From assembly GCA_905234235.1 (NCBI GenBank), contig CAJOHN010000008.1:97406-161405 (forward strand): a stretch of DNA of 64,000 nt, in the 5' to 3' direction. A program made the position numbers and the translations under genes. Below the pieces are notes generated by a model. That model ran no database searches. It was not told where the DNA came from and worked only from the letters and a program-made list of their open reading frames with translations. Each line of letters opens with the position of its first letter. Within the stretch, counting starts at the first letter, position 1. This DNA is from an uncultured Selenomonadaceae bacterium. Lineage in GTDB: Bacteria; Bacillota; Negativicutes; Selenomonadales; Selenomonadaceae. Shown in pieces: positions 29,936 to 38,968 of the stretch.

Positions 29936-31927
29936 GTGAAAAAATTCTTGGCGGCAATGATTGCGGCGGGCAGTTTACTTTTTACGTCGACAAGTCACGC
30001 TGAAATTCAAACGTACACGGGCGAAGGCACATACATAATGAGCGAGGGCGAAAGTCTCGGCGTGGCGAAGGATAGGGCTAAGATGGACGCCATGCGCAAC
30101 GCGCAGGAAAAAGCTGGCGTTTACATTCGTAGTTATTCCAAGATGAAAAATTTCGAGCTGGTAGACGACGAAGTTATTGCGATAGCGAGCAACATAATTA
30201 AGCTTGTGCAAGACCCGCAGTATTATCCGTTGGAAGCGGTGGCGAATCTTGAGGGCGTATTGGTTAAGGTTACGATTGTTGCCAACATCGACAGCGACGA
30301 CCTCAACAAGTGGCTGAATAAGAGCGACCCCGAAAAGCAAACACTTATCGCGCAGAATCGAGACTTGCGGAAACAGCTTGAAGAGCAAGCCAGAGAGTTG
30401 GAAGAACTTAAGCGCAAGTTGTCGGGCGGCGCGACTCAGCAAGATAAAGCCCAAATCACTCAGAAAATTGTTGACGAGGAGAAAGTTTTCTTATCGACGC
30501 AGAAAGTTGATGAGGCTTGGAAATTTTACAGCAGAGGCGATTATTCGGGAGCGGCGCGTCTCCACGACGAGGCGATTGAACTTAATCCGAACAATGCCCG
30601 TGCTTACTACGGACGCGGCACCGCTTATAACGGCTTGAAACTTTATCAGCTGTCGATTCCCGACTTCAACAAAGCCATTGAGCTCGATCCGAAATATGCT
30701 TATGCGTATAACAATCGCGGCAACGCTTACAACGATTTAAAAGATTATCGGCGGGCAGTCGAGGATTATAACAAAGCGATTGAATTTGACCCGACCGACA
30801 CCGCCGCTTACAACAATCGCGGGAATGCTTACAAAGGGCTCAAGGAATATAAGCTTGCCATTGCCGATTACACCAAAGCAATTTCGCTAGATTCAAATTA
30901 TGCTTTGCCTTACAACGGGCGCGGTAACACTTACAGAGCTTTAAAGGAGTTCAAGTTAGCGGTAGCCGACTACACAAAGGCGATTGAAATTAACCCGAAT
31001 TACTCTCAGCCGTACAATGGGCGCGGGAATTGTTATGATGATTTGGATGATTATCCTGCCGCGCTTGCCGATTACAATAAAGCTATAGAGTTGGAGCCGG
31101 ATAATGCTCTGCCTCACAACGGGCGCGGGAACATTTATTATTACTGGAAGGATTATCAGCAGGCGATTGAAAATTACAGCAAGGCGATTGAACTCGACCC
31201 GAATTATGCTTCGGCGTATTTTAATCGCGGCAACGCTTACAGGAAAATAAACGAATATCGTAAAGCAGTTAAGGATTATGACGAATCTATCCGCCTCGAC
31301 CCGACTGATATTAAAGCTTACAAAAGGCGCGGCGACGCTTACAATTCTCTTGGCGAATATCAACTTGCCATTGCCGACTTCAACAGAGTTATCGAAGCCA
31401 ATCCCAAGCACGACACCGCTTATAATTCTCGCGGCAATGCTTACGACAGCTTGGGCGAATATCAAATGGCGATTAACGATTACACAAAGGCGATTGAGAT
31501 TGACCCGCGTGATGAAGTAGTTTATTGTAATCGCGGCAACACGTTGCGCAAGTTCAAGCAATACGACAGAGCTATCGCCGATTTTAATAAAGCTATCGAA
31601 CTGGATCCCAAATACGTCAGGGCTTATAATCTGCGCGGCGTGGTTTATCATGAGAACTTTAATCAATACGACAGGGCGATTAACGATTACAAAGCCGCAA
31701 TAAACATTGACCCGAATTATCGTTATGCTTATGCCAATTTGGGGCGCGTGTACACCGTACAGAAAAAATACGGAGAAGCTCTCGCGGCTTTTGGTAAGGC
31801 GATAGAAATTGCTCCGAAATATGCTTATGCTTGGTGGGAACGCGGTAAATGTTACGAGGCTATGGGCGAGACTGCCAAAGCTCAAGCTGATTTTGCTAAG
31901 GCGCGGGAACTCGGCTACAAAGGCTGA
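29936..31927 (+). CDS. Secreted protein: signal peptide, FlgT-N/LPP20-like domain, coiled coil and about 14 TPRs
   Basis: 34-aa repeats AYNNRGNAY...AIADYNKAIELDP; signal peptide ending SHA. Confidence 0.92.
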   Translation: MKKFLAAMIAAGSLLFTSTSHAEIQTYTGEGTYIMSEGESLGVAKDRAKMDAMRNAQEKAGVYIRSYSKMKNFELVDDEVIAIASNIIKLVQDPQYYPLEAVANLEGVLVKVTIVANIDSDDLNKWLNKSDPEKQTLIAQNRDLRKQLEEQARELEELKRKLSGGATQQDKAQITQKIVDEEKVFLSTQKVDEAWKFYSRGDYSGAARLHDEAIELNPNNARAYYGRGTAYNGLKLYQLSIPDFNKAIELDPKYAYAYNNRGNAYNDLKDYRRAVEDYNKAIEFDPTDTAAYNNRGNAYKGLKEYKLAIADYTKAISLDSNYALPYNGRGNTYRALKEFKLAVADYTKAIEINPNYSQPYNGRGNCYDDLDDYPAALADYNKAIELEPDNALPHNGRGNIYYYWKDYQQAIENYSKAIELDPNYASAYFNRGNAYRKINEYRKAVKDYDESIRLDPTDIKAYKRRGDAYNSLGEYQLAIADFNRVIEANPKHDTAYNSRGNAYDSLGEYQMAINDYTKAIEIDPRDEVVYCNRGNTLRKFKQYDRAIADFNKAIELDPKYVRAYNLRGVVYHENFNQYDRAINDYKAAINIDPNYRYAYANLGRVYTVQKKYGEALAAFGKAIEIAPKYAYAWWERGKCYEAMGETAKAQADFAKARELGYKG

Positions 31928-31960
31928 TTCTACATAAAAATTTTTTGGGAGGTAATTTTT

Positions 31961-33232
31961 TTGCTTGATATGAAATTCGTACGCGATAATTTGGATTTGA
32001 TTCGCGCTATGTTGAAGAACCGTAATAATTCTTTGAGCCTCGATAACTTCGCGGAGCTTGATAAAAGACGCCGCGCAATTTTGGGCGAGACCGAACAACT
32101 TAAAAGCCAACGCAATGCAACTTCAAAAAAAATCGGCGCGATGAAAAAAGCCGGCGCGGATACCGAAAAAATTTCTGCTGAAGTCCGCGCTATGGGCAAT
32201 AAAATTTCCGAACTCGACAGCGAACTCCGCGACGTTGAAAGTAATCTGCGCGATTTACTTCTACATATCCCGAACATTCCCGCTGACGACGTTCCGATTG
32301 GTAAAGACGATTCGCAAAATCCCGAAGTCAGACGTTGGGGCACGCCGCGCAGTTTCGACTTTGAACCGAAGGCGCACTGGGATATTGGTACCGCGCTGAA
32401 TATTTTTGACTTCGACCGCGCAGGCAAAGTTACGGGCGCGAGATTTACTTTTTATCGCGGACTCGGCGCAAGGTTGGAACGCGCTTGCATAAATTTCATG
32501 ATGGATTTGCACTCAAATAAGCACGGATACACCGAAATGCTCGCGCCGTACATCGTCAACCGCGACAGCATGATTGGTACGGGGCAACTGCCAAAGTTCG
32601 CGGAGGATATGTTCAAGCTTGAAGGTTTGGATTATTATCTCGTGCCGACTGCCGAAGTCCCCATGACGAATTTTCATCGCGACGAGATTTTATCCGCCGA
32701 AACTTTACCCGAATATTATTCTTGTTACACGGCGTGTTTCAGAGCTGAGGCGGGCGCGGCAGGGCGTGATACTCGCGGCTTGATTCGTCAACATCAGTTT
32801 AACAAAGTCGAATTGATTAAGTTCACTAAGCCCGAAGATTCTTGGAACGAATTGGAGAGCATGGTTGATGCCGCCGAAGACGTTTTGCGCACGTTGGAAA
32901 TTCCTTACCGCGTTGTTCTGCTTTGTACGGGCGATATGAGCTTCACTTCCGCCAAAACTTATGACATTGAGGTTTGGATGCCCGCGCAGAATAAATATCG
33001 CGAAATTTCTTCCTGTTCTAACTGCACTGACTACCAAGCTCGCCGCGCCAATATCAAATTCCGCCGCGATAACAAGTCTAAACCCGAATTTGTCCACACT
33101 TTGAACGGTTCGGGTATTGCTGTCGGCAGGACTGTCGCCGCTATCCTCGAAAATTACCAGCAAGCCGATGGTTCAGTTAAAATTCCTAAAGCTCTCGTGC
33201 CTTACATGGGAGTTGAGGAGATTCGCGCCTAA
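31961..33232 (+). CDS. serS: Serine--tRNA ligase
   Basis: [50 protein letters not shown]. Confidence 0.98.
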   Translation: MLDMKFVRDNLDLIRAMLKNRNNSLSLDNFAELDKRRRAILGETEQLKSQRNATSKKIGAMKKAGADTEKISAEVRAMGNKISELDSELRDVESNLRDLLLHIPNIPADDVPIGKDDSQNPEVRRWGTPRSFDFEPKAHWDIGTALNIFDFDRAGKVTGARFTFYRGLGARLERACINFMMDLHSNKHGYTEMLAPYIVNRDSMIGTGQLPKFAEDMFKLEGLDYYLVPTAEVPMTNFHRDEILSAETLPEYYSCYTACFRAEAGAAGRDTRGLIRQHQFNKVELIKFTKPEDSWNELESMVDAAEDVLRTLEIPYRVVLLCTGDMSFTSAKTYDIEVWMPAQNKYREISSCSNCTDYQARRANIKFRRDNKSKPEFVHTLNGSGIAVGRTVAAILENYQQADGSVKIPKALVPYMGVEEIRA

Positions 33233-33867
33233 TTTTTATGTTTTTCGCCCCAATCACACATCATATCTAGTAATGGTATCAAAGATTTGCCTCGTTCAGT
33301 CAAAGAGTACTCAACTTTCGGAGGAAGTTGCTCGTACTCTTTTCTTTTTGTCAAATTATCCGCCTCTAATTCCTTCAAAGTCCGATTTAACATGAAAAAT
33401 GATACTTCATCGCCCAAATATCGTTTCATTTCGCCGAATCTCACGACGCCGAACTCCATTAGAGTATAAAGAACGCGCAGTTTGTATTTACCCTTAATAA
33501 TTTTCATCACGTAAGCTAATCCTGTATTCTCGAAATTTTCATCGCCCATATATGGTTTTTTGACAATATTTTTCTCAGATTCCTGATTAAATTCGCCGCC
33601 GCCTGTACGATTGTAGCCGATTTGCGGATTATTGGCTTTGAGATAGTTTATGTAAAAAATTTCTTTCGCGTCGAGTTCTTCCTTAGTTTCACAAACCGCG
33701 AGAACTTCGCACATAAATTTTTCCACGCCGTGCTTGCGAATTGCTTTGCCGATAAAAGTTTGCGCGTATTTGTGCTCGTGGAATCGTTCTTCGACTGGAC
33801 GCCGCGTTTGACCGACATAAATCTTGCCGTTGTCCATGTTTGTGAGTTTGTAGACAAATCCGTACAT
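33229..33867 (-). CDS. GIY-YIG endonuclease domain fused to an HxlR-family winged-HTH
   Basis: N-term [38 protein letters not shown]-term [49 protein letters not shown]. Confidence 0.88.
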   Translation of the reverse strand: MYGFVYKLTNMDNGKIYVGQTRRPVEERFHEHKYAQTFIGKAIRKHGVEKFMCEVLAVCETKEELDAKEIFYINYLKANNPQIGYNRTGGGEFNQESEKNIVKKPYMGDENFENTGLAYVMKIIKGKYKLRVLYTLMEFGVVRFGEMKRYLGDEVSFFMLNRTLKELEADNLTKRKEYEQLPPKVEYSLTERGKSLIPLLDMMCDWGEKHKN

Positions 33868-33886
33868 ATTCGCTCCGCCTTTCAAT

Positions 33887-33915
33887 TTGACAACGCGGCG
33901 CAAGCAGTTTATAAT
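33887..33915 (+). promoter_or_regulatory. Perfect-consensus sigma-70 promoter, divergent from the GIY-YIG gene
   Basis: TTGACA(33887-33892)-N17-TATAAT(33910-33915). Confidence 0.85.
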
Positions 33916-33920
33916 GAAAA

Positions 33921-33995
33921 TACGAAAAGGCTTCGCGCCGTGTTCGGAGTTTTAGTTTAGCAACTCGATTCTAACACACGCGGAGTCTTTTCGCA
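33921..33995 (+). ncRNA. Candidate ~70-nt hairpin RNA or leader of unknown class
   Basis: Starts at the predicted +1; CGAAAAGGCTTCGCG pairs with CGCGGAGTCTTTTCG, with inner GTGTT/AACAC. Confidence 0.45.
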
Positions 33996-34000
33996 ACCAA

Positions 34001-34144
34001 AATTTGATGAAACACCTCGATTGGACAGAGCGCGGACACGTTTTGGCGGGCGGCGTCATGAAAGTCGGCGACATAAAAGGGCATAAGGAGTTAAATGACG
34101 CTTATGAACTCGGAAAAGCCGTCGCGCAGGGTAATTCGCTTTGA
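34001..34144 (+). pseudogene. C-terminal remnant of a flavodoxin/NADPH-dependent FMN reductase gene
   Basis: NLMKHLDWTERGHVLAGGVMKVGDIKGHKELNDAYELGKAV resembles the family C-terminus; the N-terminal part and RBS are absent. Confidence 0.7.
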
Positions 34145-34221
34145 AAAGCTCTTTTGGCGAAAGCCGCAAGGTTCAAATTTCTAATCGGTTACGGTTTTAA
34201 CTCACTAAGGAGGAAATTTTT

Positions 34222-34551
34222 ATGACAATCAAGGATTACGAGGAAATTCGCAAAGTCGCGCAACTTTATATCGACGGCGGCAACGGCGACAGCTCCATTA
34301 TGAAGCCCGCCTTCCACAAAAACGCCACGATTAACGGCGAACCGATTCAAACTCTCTTTGACGACGTGGATAAAGCCGGAAAAACTTCTGCACGGGCAAC
34401 GGTTGACATTCTCGACGCCACCAACGACGTTGCCGCGATTAGAATCACTATGGAAGATTGGCACGGGCAAAATTTTGTCGATTATCATCTCCTGCAAAAG
34501 GGCGCAGACGGTTGGAAGATTATGGCAAAAGTTTTCACCGAGACTAAATAA
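34222..34551 (+). CDS. NTF2-like (Lumazine_bd_2) protein
   Basis: DYEEIRKVAQLYIDG...AFHKNATI...FVDYHLLQK.DGWKIMAKVF. Confidence 0.85.
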   Translation: MTIKDYEEIRKVAQLYIDGGNGDSSIMKPAFHKNATINGEPIQTLFDDVDKAGKTSARATVDILDATNDVAAIRITMEDWHGQNFVDYHLLQKGADGWKIMAKVFTETK

Positions 34552-34666
34552 ATCTGCGCGGCAAAAATTTTTCCTCTGCGAGGTTGCGGAGGATTTTTTG
34601 TTTGAAAATTTTCTGTTACGGTGTAGAATAGGCGCGTTGAAAATTTAAGGCAAAGGAGCAAGGTTT

Positions 34667-36304
34667 ATGCCCGTAATGGAATACTTGGAACGTAACGCCG
34701 CGCTGTATGGCGATGAGGTTGCGCTGGTTGAATTGAATCCGGCGGTAGCGGACGGTCGGCGCATGAGTTGGAAAGAATTCAGCTTGATTGAATCGAATTC
34801 GTTCGCACCGTATCGTCGGGAGATAACTTGGCGCGTTTTCGACGAGAAAGCTAATCGTTGCGCGAATTTATTAATTGAACGCGGCATACGCAAGGGCGAT
34901 AAGGTCGCAATTCTGATGTATAACTGCTTGGAGTGGCTACCGATTTACTTTGGCGTGCTGAAGACGGGCGCGATCGCGGTTCCGTTCAATTTTCGCTACG
35001 ATGCGGCGGAAATTTTGTACTGCGCGGAATTGGCGGAGGTCGACGTTATCATTTTTGGACCGGAATTTATCGGACGTATTGAAACCAACGCTGAGCGACT
35101 TTCCAAGGGGCGGCTATTAATTTATGTCGGAGACAACTGCCCCAGTTTCGCCGAAAGTTATCACATAATGGTTGACGATTGCTCAAGTTTAAAGCCAATG
35201 GTGGGCGGAATCACGGAAGACGACTTCGGAGCGATATATTTTTCGTCTGGGACGACGGGATTTCCGAAAGCGATACTTCATAAGCACCAAAGTTTGACTC
35301 AAGCGGCGCAAATGGAGCAAAAACATCATTTAACGAGCCGCGAGGACAATTTCTTATGCATACCGCCGCTTTATCACACCGGAGCGAAATTTCATTGGAT
35401 GGGAAGTTTGGTTGCGGGGAGTAAAGCTGTTTTGTTAAAAGGAACGAAGCCCGAAATAATTTTGGACGCGGTATCGAAAGAAAAATGTACAATCGTCTGG
35501 CTTTTAGTGCCTTGGGCGCAAGATATAGTTGACGCGCTGGACAGAGGCGATATTAAGCTTGAAAATTACGATTTAGAACAGTGGCGGCTCATGCATATCG
35601 GAGCGCAACCTGTTCCGCCGAGTTTGATACGTCGTTGGAAGAAATATTTCCCACATCACGCCTACGACACGAATTACGGGCTTTCAGAGTCGACTGGACC
35701 AGGTTGCGTGCACTTGGGATTAGAAAATATCGAAAAAGTTGGCGCAATCGGCGTACCCGGCTATCGTTGGGAGTGCAAAATTATCGACGAACACGGCGCG
35801 ACGGTTCCGAAGGGCGAAGTCGGCGAGTTATGCGTTAAAGGTCCCGGCGTCATGACTTGCTACTACAACGACCCGAAAGCTACCGCCGAAGTTTTGAAGG
35901 ACGGCTGGCTTTTGACGGGCGATATGGCAATGCAGGACGCGGAAGGTTTTTATTTCCTCGTTGACCGCAAGAAGGATGTTATCGTCATGGGCGGCGAAAA
36001 TATTTATCCCGTTCAGATTGAAGACTTCCTGCACAAGTTCGACAAGATTAAGGACGTGGCGGTTATCGGCTTGCCTGACAGACGGCTCGGCGAAATTTCT
36101 GCGGCGATTATCGAAATTAAACCCAACGTCACTTGCACAGAGGAGGAAATTAACAACTTCTGTTTGGATTTGCCGCGTTATAAACGCCCGAAGAAAATTA
36201 TTTTTGCTGAAGTGCCGCGCAATGCCACCGGTAAAATTGAAAAGCCCGCTCTTCGTAAACGTTACGGCGCGGATAAACTCGTCGCGTTGGAAAATCGCAG
36301 TTAA
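34667..36304 (+). CDS. Acyl-CoA synthetase (AMP-forming)
   Basis: YFSSGTTGFPK, YGLSES, GELCVKGP, TGD, DRKKD, PRNATGK. Confidence 0.93.
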   Translation: MPVMEYLERNAALYGDEVALVELNPAVADGRRMSWKEFSLIESNSFAPYRREITWRVFDEKANRCANLLIERGIRKGDKVAILMYNCLEWLPIYFGVLKTGAIAVPFNFRYDAAEILYCAELAEVDVIIFGPEFIGRIETNAERLSKGRLLIYVGDNCPSFAESYHIMVDDCSSLKPMVGGITEDDFGAIYFSSGTTGFPKAILHKHQSLTQAAQMEQKHHLTSREDNFLCIPPLYHTGAKFHWMGSLVAGSKAVLLKGTKPEIILDAVSKEKCTIVWLLVPWAQDIVDALDRGDIKLENYDLEQWRLMHIGAQPVPPSLIRRWKKYFPHHAYDTNYGLSESTGPGCVHLGLENIEKVGAIGVPGYRWECKIIDEHGATVPKGEVGELCVKGPGVMTCYYNDPKATAEVLKDGWLLTGDMAMQDAEGFYFLVDRKKDVIVMGGENIYPVQIEDFLHKFDKIKDVAVIGLPDRRLGEISAAIIEIKPNVTCTEEEINNFCLDLPRYKRPKKIIFAEVPRNATGKIEKPALRKRYGADKLVALENRS

Positions 36305-36347
36305 AAAAAAATCAGCTGCCGCTCAATCAAGAGTGACAGCTTTTTTT
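36305..36347. terminator. Bidirectional terminator
   Basis: A-run, AGCTGCCGCTC...GAGTGACAGCT, T-run, between convergent genes. Confidence 0.65.
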
Positions 36348-36364
36348 ATGCGAAAAATTTTTTA

Positions 36365-36934
36365 TCAGTTAAGTTTCTTGTTCTTGTAAATTTTAATGCC
36401 CTTAAGCGACGCTTCCAAAGCCAAACCTTTAGTCGTCATCTGATAAACCCAGACGCCCGGCGCAACATATTCCGCGCCCTCGACGGAACCGCCGCTTACA
36501 CCGTCATTGGCAGAAGCCTCCGCACTCGCCCCGAAACGAGTTTTGCCGATTATAAAATTTTCCCAAGCCTCATGAGTGTTAATCAAGAAAATAAGATTGT
36601 ACTCCTTCGCGCCGAGCCCTAAGCCTGCAGAAAGTTCCTTCATGCGCAGATAGACGCGTTCGCCGGTTTTGTTGTTAATCGCAACGCCGCGCCCGTGAGC
36701 GTCTCCGAAGATGCCGAGCTTAATTCCCGTATTGCTCAGCGTCGCGTAAGCGTAGCACTCTTTGATAACGCGTTCGGCATCGGGATATTTCTCGTACAGT
36801 TTTTCTAACGTCTTGGCTGAAAGTTCATCGATTTGCTGACGTTGCTCCATTACAGTTGCTTTGTTCGCCGCGAATACCGTTGTCATCGTGAACATACACA
36901 TTAACACCGTCAACATCACTAAAAATTTTTTCAT
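36365..36934 (-). CDS. Secreted Ysc84/SYLF-domain protein
   Basis: Signal peptide; HGRGVA, SAGLGLGAK, YQMTTKGLALEASLKG. Confidence 0.8.
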   Translation of the reverse strand: MKKFLVMLTVLMCMFTMTTVFAANKATVMEQRQQIDELSAKTLEKLYEKYPDAERVIKECYAYATLSNTGIKLGIFGDAHGRGVAINNKTGERVYLRMKELSAGLGLGAKEYNLIFLINTHEAWENFIIGKTRFGASAEASANDGVSGGSVEGAEYVAPGVWVYQMTTKGLALEASLKGIKIYKNKKLN

Positions 36935-37006
36935 GTCGTCACCTGATTACAAAAAAGCGGCAGTTCAAGGGAATAAACCGCCGCACAAAATTTTACGAAC
37001 TAAATT

Positions 37007-38542
37007 TTATTTCATCGTTACAAGAGGCTTGCCGGTCATTTCGGAAGGAATTTCCATGCCCGCCATCGTCAAGAGCGTCGGCGCAACGTCACAAAGCGCA
37101 CCGTCTTTAACTTCGGCGACTCTATCGGAAACAACGATAATCGGCACAGGATTTGTCGTGTGTGCTGTGAACGGCTCCTTAAGTTTGTAATCGAACATCT
37201 GATCCGCGTTGCCGTGATCCGCGATGATAACAACTTCGCCGCCGACTTTCTTCATGCACGCGATAAAAATGCCGACGCAGACATCAACCGTCTCGACAGC
37301 CGCAACAGCCGCTTTCATAACGCCCGTGTGCCCGACCATGTCGCCGTTAGCGTAGTTGAGGATAATGAAGTCGTATTTCTCGGAGAGAATCGCTTCGGCA
37401 ACTTTCCTCGTGACAGTCGGCGCACTCATATCGGGTTTGAGGTCGTAAGTCGCAACCTTCGGGCTCGGAACTAAAATTCTATCTTCGCCCTTGTAAGGCT
37501 CTTCGACGCCGCCATTAAAGAAAAACGTAACGTGCGCATATTTTTCAGTCTCGGCGATACGGAGCTGATTCAAGCCCGCCTTGCTGATGACTTCGCCCAA
37601 GCCATTCTGAACACTCTCCGGCGGATAAGCAACGTCGACATTCAAACCTTCCTCGTATTGCGTCATAGTCGCGAAAGGAATTCCTACAATCTCTTCGACA
37701 CGCGGGAAGCCGTCAAAAGATTTATCGGTAAAGGCATGCGTCAATTCGCGGGCGCGGTCGGGGCGGAAGTTGAAGAAAATAATTCCGTCTTCCTTGCCGA
37801 TACCTGCATAGTCGCCGATAACAACGGGATTAACAAATTCATCAGTAACTTTGGCGTCATAGGAGGCTTTAATCGCAACGTCGGAGGAGGGCTGTTTAGG
37901 GGCGTCGGCTTTGGCAATGGCGTCGTAAGCCTTCTGCACTCTGTCCCAACGTTTATCTCTGTCCATTGCGTAGTAACGTCCGCTGATCGTAGCGATTTGC
38001 CCCGCGCCGATTTCCTTAATTTTTTGTTCAAGCTCGGCAAGATATTCAGCGGCTGAACTCGGAGGAACGTCGCGCCCGTCGAGGAAGCAATGAACATAAA
38101 CTTTCGCGACGCCTTTTTTCTTGGCAAGTTGAAGCAAGCCGTAAAGATGTTGAGTGTGGCTGTGAACGCCGCCGGGAGAAACCAAGCCCATTAAATGCAA
38201 CGCGCCGCCCGAAGCTTTAGCCTTATCGATAACGCCGACAAGAACCTTATTCTCGAAGAAATCGCCATCACGAATTGCTTTGGTAATTTTGGTAAGCGGT
38301 TGATAAATAACTCTGCCCGCGCCGATGTTCATATGTCCGACTTCGGAGTTGCCCATTTGCCCGTCGGGAAGTCCAACGTATTCGCCGGAAGCTTGAAGTT
38401 TAGCGTGCGGATAATTTTTCGTGAGTTCGTCGAGAACGGGCGTCTTGCCGACTTGAATCGCGTTGAATTTGTCGGTTTCGTTGCCGATGCCCCAGCCGTC
38501 CATGATGATTAAGCAAATCGGCGCGTGTTTAATTGTTGCCAT
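37007..38542 (-). CDS. gpmI: 2,3-BPG-independent phosphoglycerate mutase
   Basis: MDGWG, GQMGNSEVGH, GGVHSH, GRYYAMDRD, AETEKYAHVTFFFNGG, ADHGN. Confidence 0.98.
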   Translation of the reverse strand: MATIKHAPICLIIMDGWGIGNETDKFNAIQVGKTPVLDELTKNYPHAKLQASGEYVGLPDGQMGNSEVGHMNIGAGRVIYQPLTKITKAIRDGDFFENKVLVGVIDKAKASGGALHLMGLVSPGGVHSHTQHLYGLLQLAKKKGVAKVYVHCFLDGRDVPPSSAAEYLAELEQKIKEIGAGQIATISGRYYAMDRDKRWDRVQKAYDAIAKADAPKQPSSDVAIKASYDAKVTDEFVNPVVIGDYAGIGKEDGIIFFNFRPDRARELTHAFTDKSFDGFPRVEEIVGIPFATMTQYEEGLNVDVAYPPESVQNGLGEVISKAGLNQLRIAETEKYAHVTFFFNGGVEEPYKGEDRILVPSPKVATYDLKPDMSAPTVTRKVAEAILSEKYDFIILNYANGDMVGHTGVMKAAVAAVETVDVCVGIFIACMKKVGGEVVIIADHGNADQMFDYKLKEPFTAHTTNPVPIIVVSDRVAEVKDGALCDVAPTLLTMAGMEIPSEMTGKPLVTMK

Positions 38543-38569
38543 TCGTTACACTCTCCTTTACTTGTTAAG

Positions 38570-38623
38570 AAAAACCGCCAACCTAACAACTAGCAACTAA
38601 CTTACTAGCCACTAAATTGGCGG
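38570..38623 (-). repeat. Terminator-like stem (CCGCCAA/TTGGCGG plus U-run on the minus strand) with a loop of 7-mer repeats
   Basis: Plus strand CCGCCAA CCTAACA ACTAGCA ACTAACTT ACTAGCC ACTAAA TTGGCGG. Confidence 0.75.
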
Positions 38624-38647
38624 CTCTACTTACTATTTTTAACACGA

Positions 38648-38929
38648 TTACTTCAGAAGAATCGCGATAACCATTGCGGCGATACCGATTATAACGGCGA
38701 TAGAAGTATTGCGGACGTGCTTGCCCATGCCGTCAATCTTGGCATCCATATTTTTTTGCATGTCTTTCATGTCTTGGCGAATTTCTCGAATGTCAGCGTC
38801 TTGCCTTTGCCGCGCTTCACGACTTTCCGCAATGAACATGTCAAGTTTAGTTATTACGTTGCTTACTTGCTGTTCGAGCGTCGTTACTTTCGTTTCGAGT
38901 TTATCAACTCGCGTTTCAATGTCCGCCAT
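38648..38929 (-). CDS. Small coiled-coil protein with a C-terminal membrane anchor
   Basis: Heptads RVDKLETKVTTLEQQV; hydrophobic end IAVIIGIAAMVIAILLK; GAAGGGCGGTG RBS. Confidence 0.75.
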   Translation of the reverse strand: MADIETRVDKLETKVTTLEQQVSNVITKLDMFIAESREARQRQDADIREIRQDMKDMQKNMDAKIDGMGKHVRNTSIAVIIGIAAMVIAILLK

Positions 38930-38968
38930 GATAATCACCGCCCTTCTGATGAGCAGTTTGGAATTTGT

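Noticed and set aside
30500..31900. Regular ~102-bp periodicity that might suggest a CRISPR array or a DGR target
   Set aside because: It is the 34-aa TPR coding repeat; there are no identical repeats with unique spacers and no RT or cas genes
31928..31960. Expected T-box leader upstream of serS
   Set aside because: Only 33 bp separate serS from the TPR gene and no T-box motif is visible
30956..32110. 384-aa antisense ORF over the TPR gene and serS start
   Set aside because: Shadow ORF from codon bias and repeats; no RBS or recognisable motifs
33560..34000. Group I intron around the GIY-YIG ORF
   Set aside because: No P/Q/R/S core is recognisable and there is too little non-coding sequence
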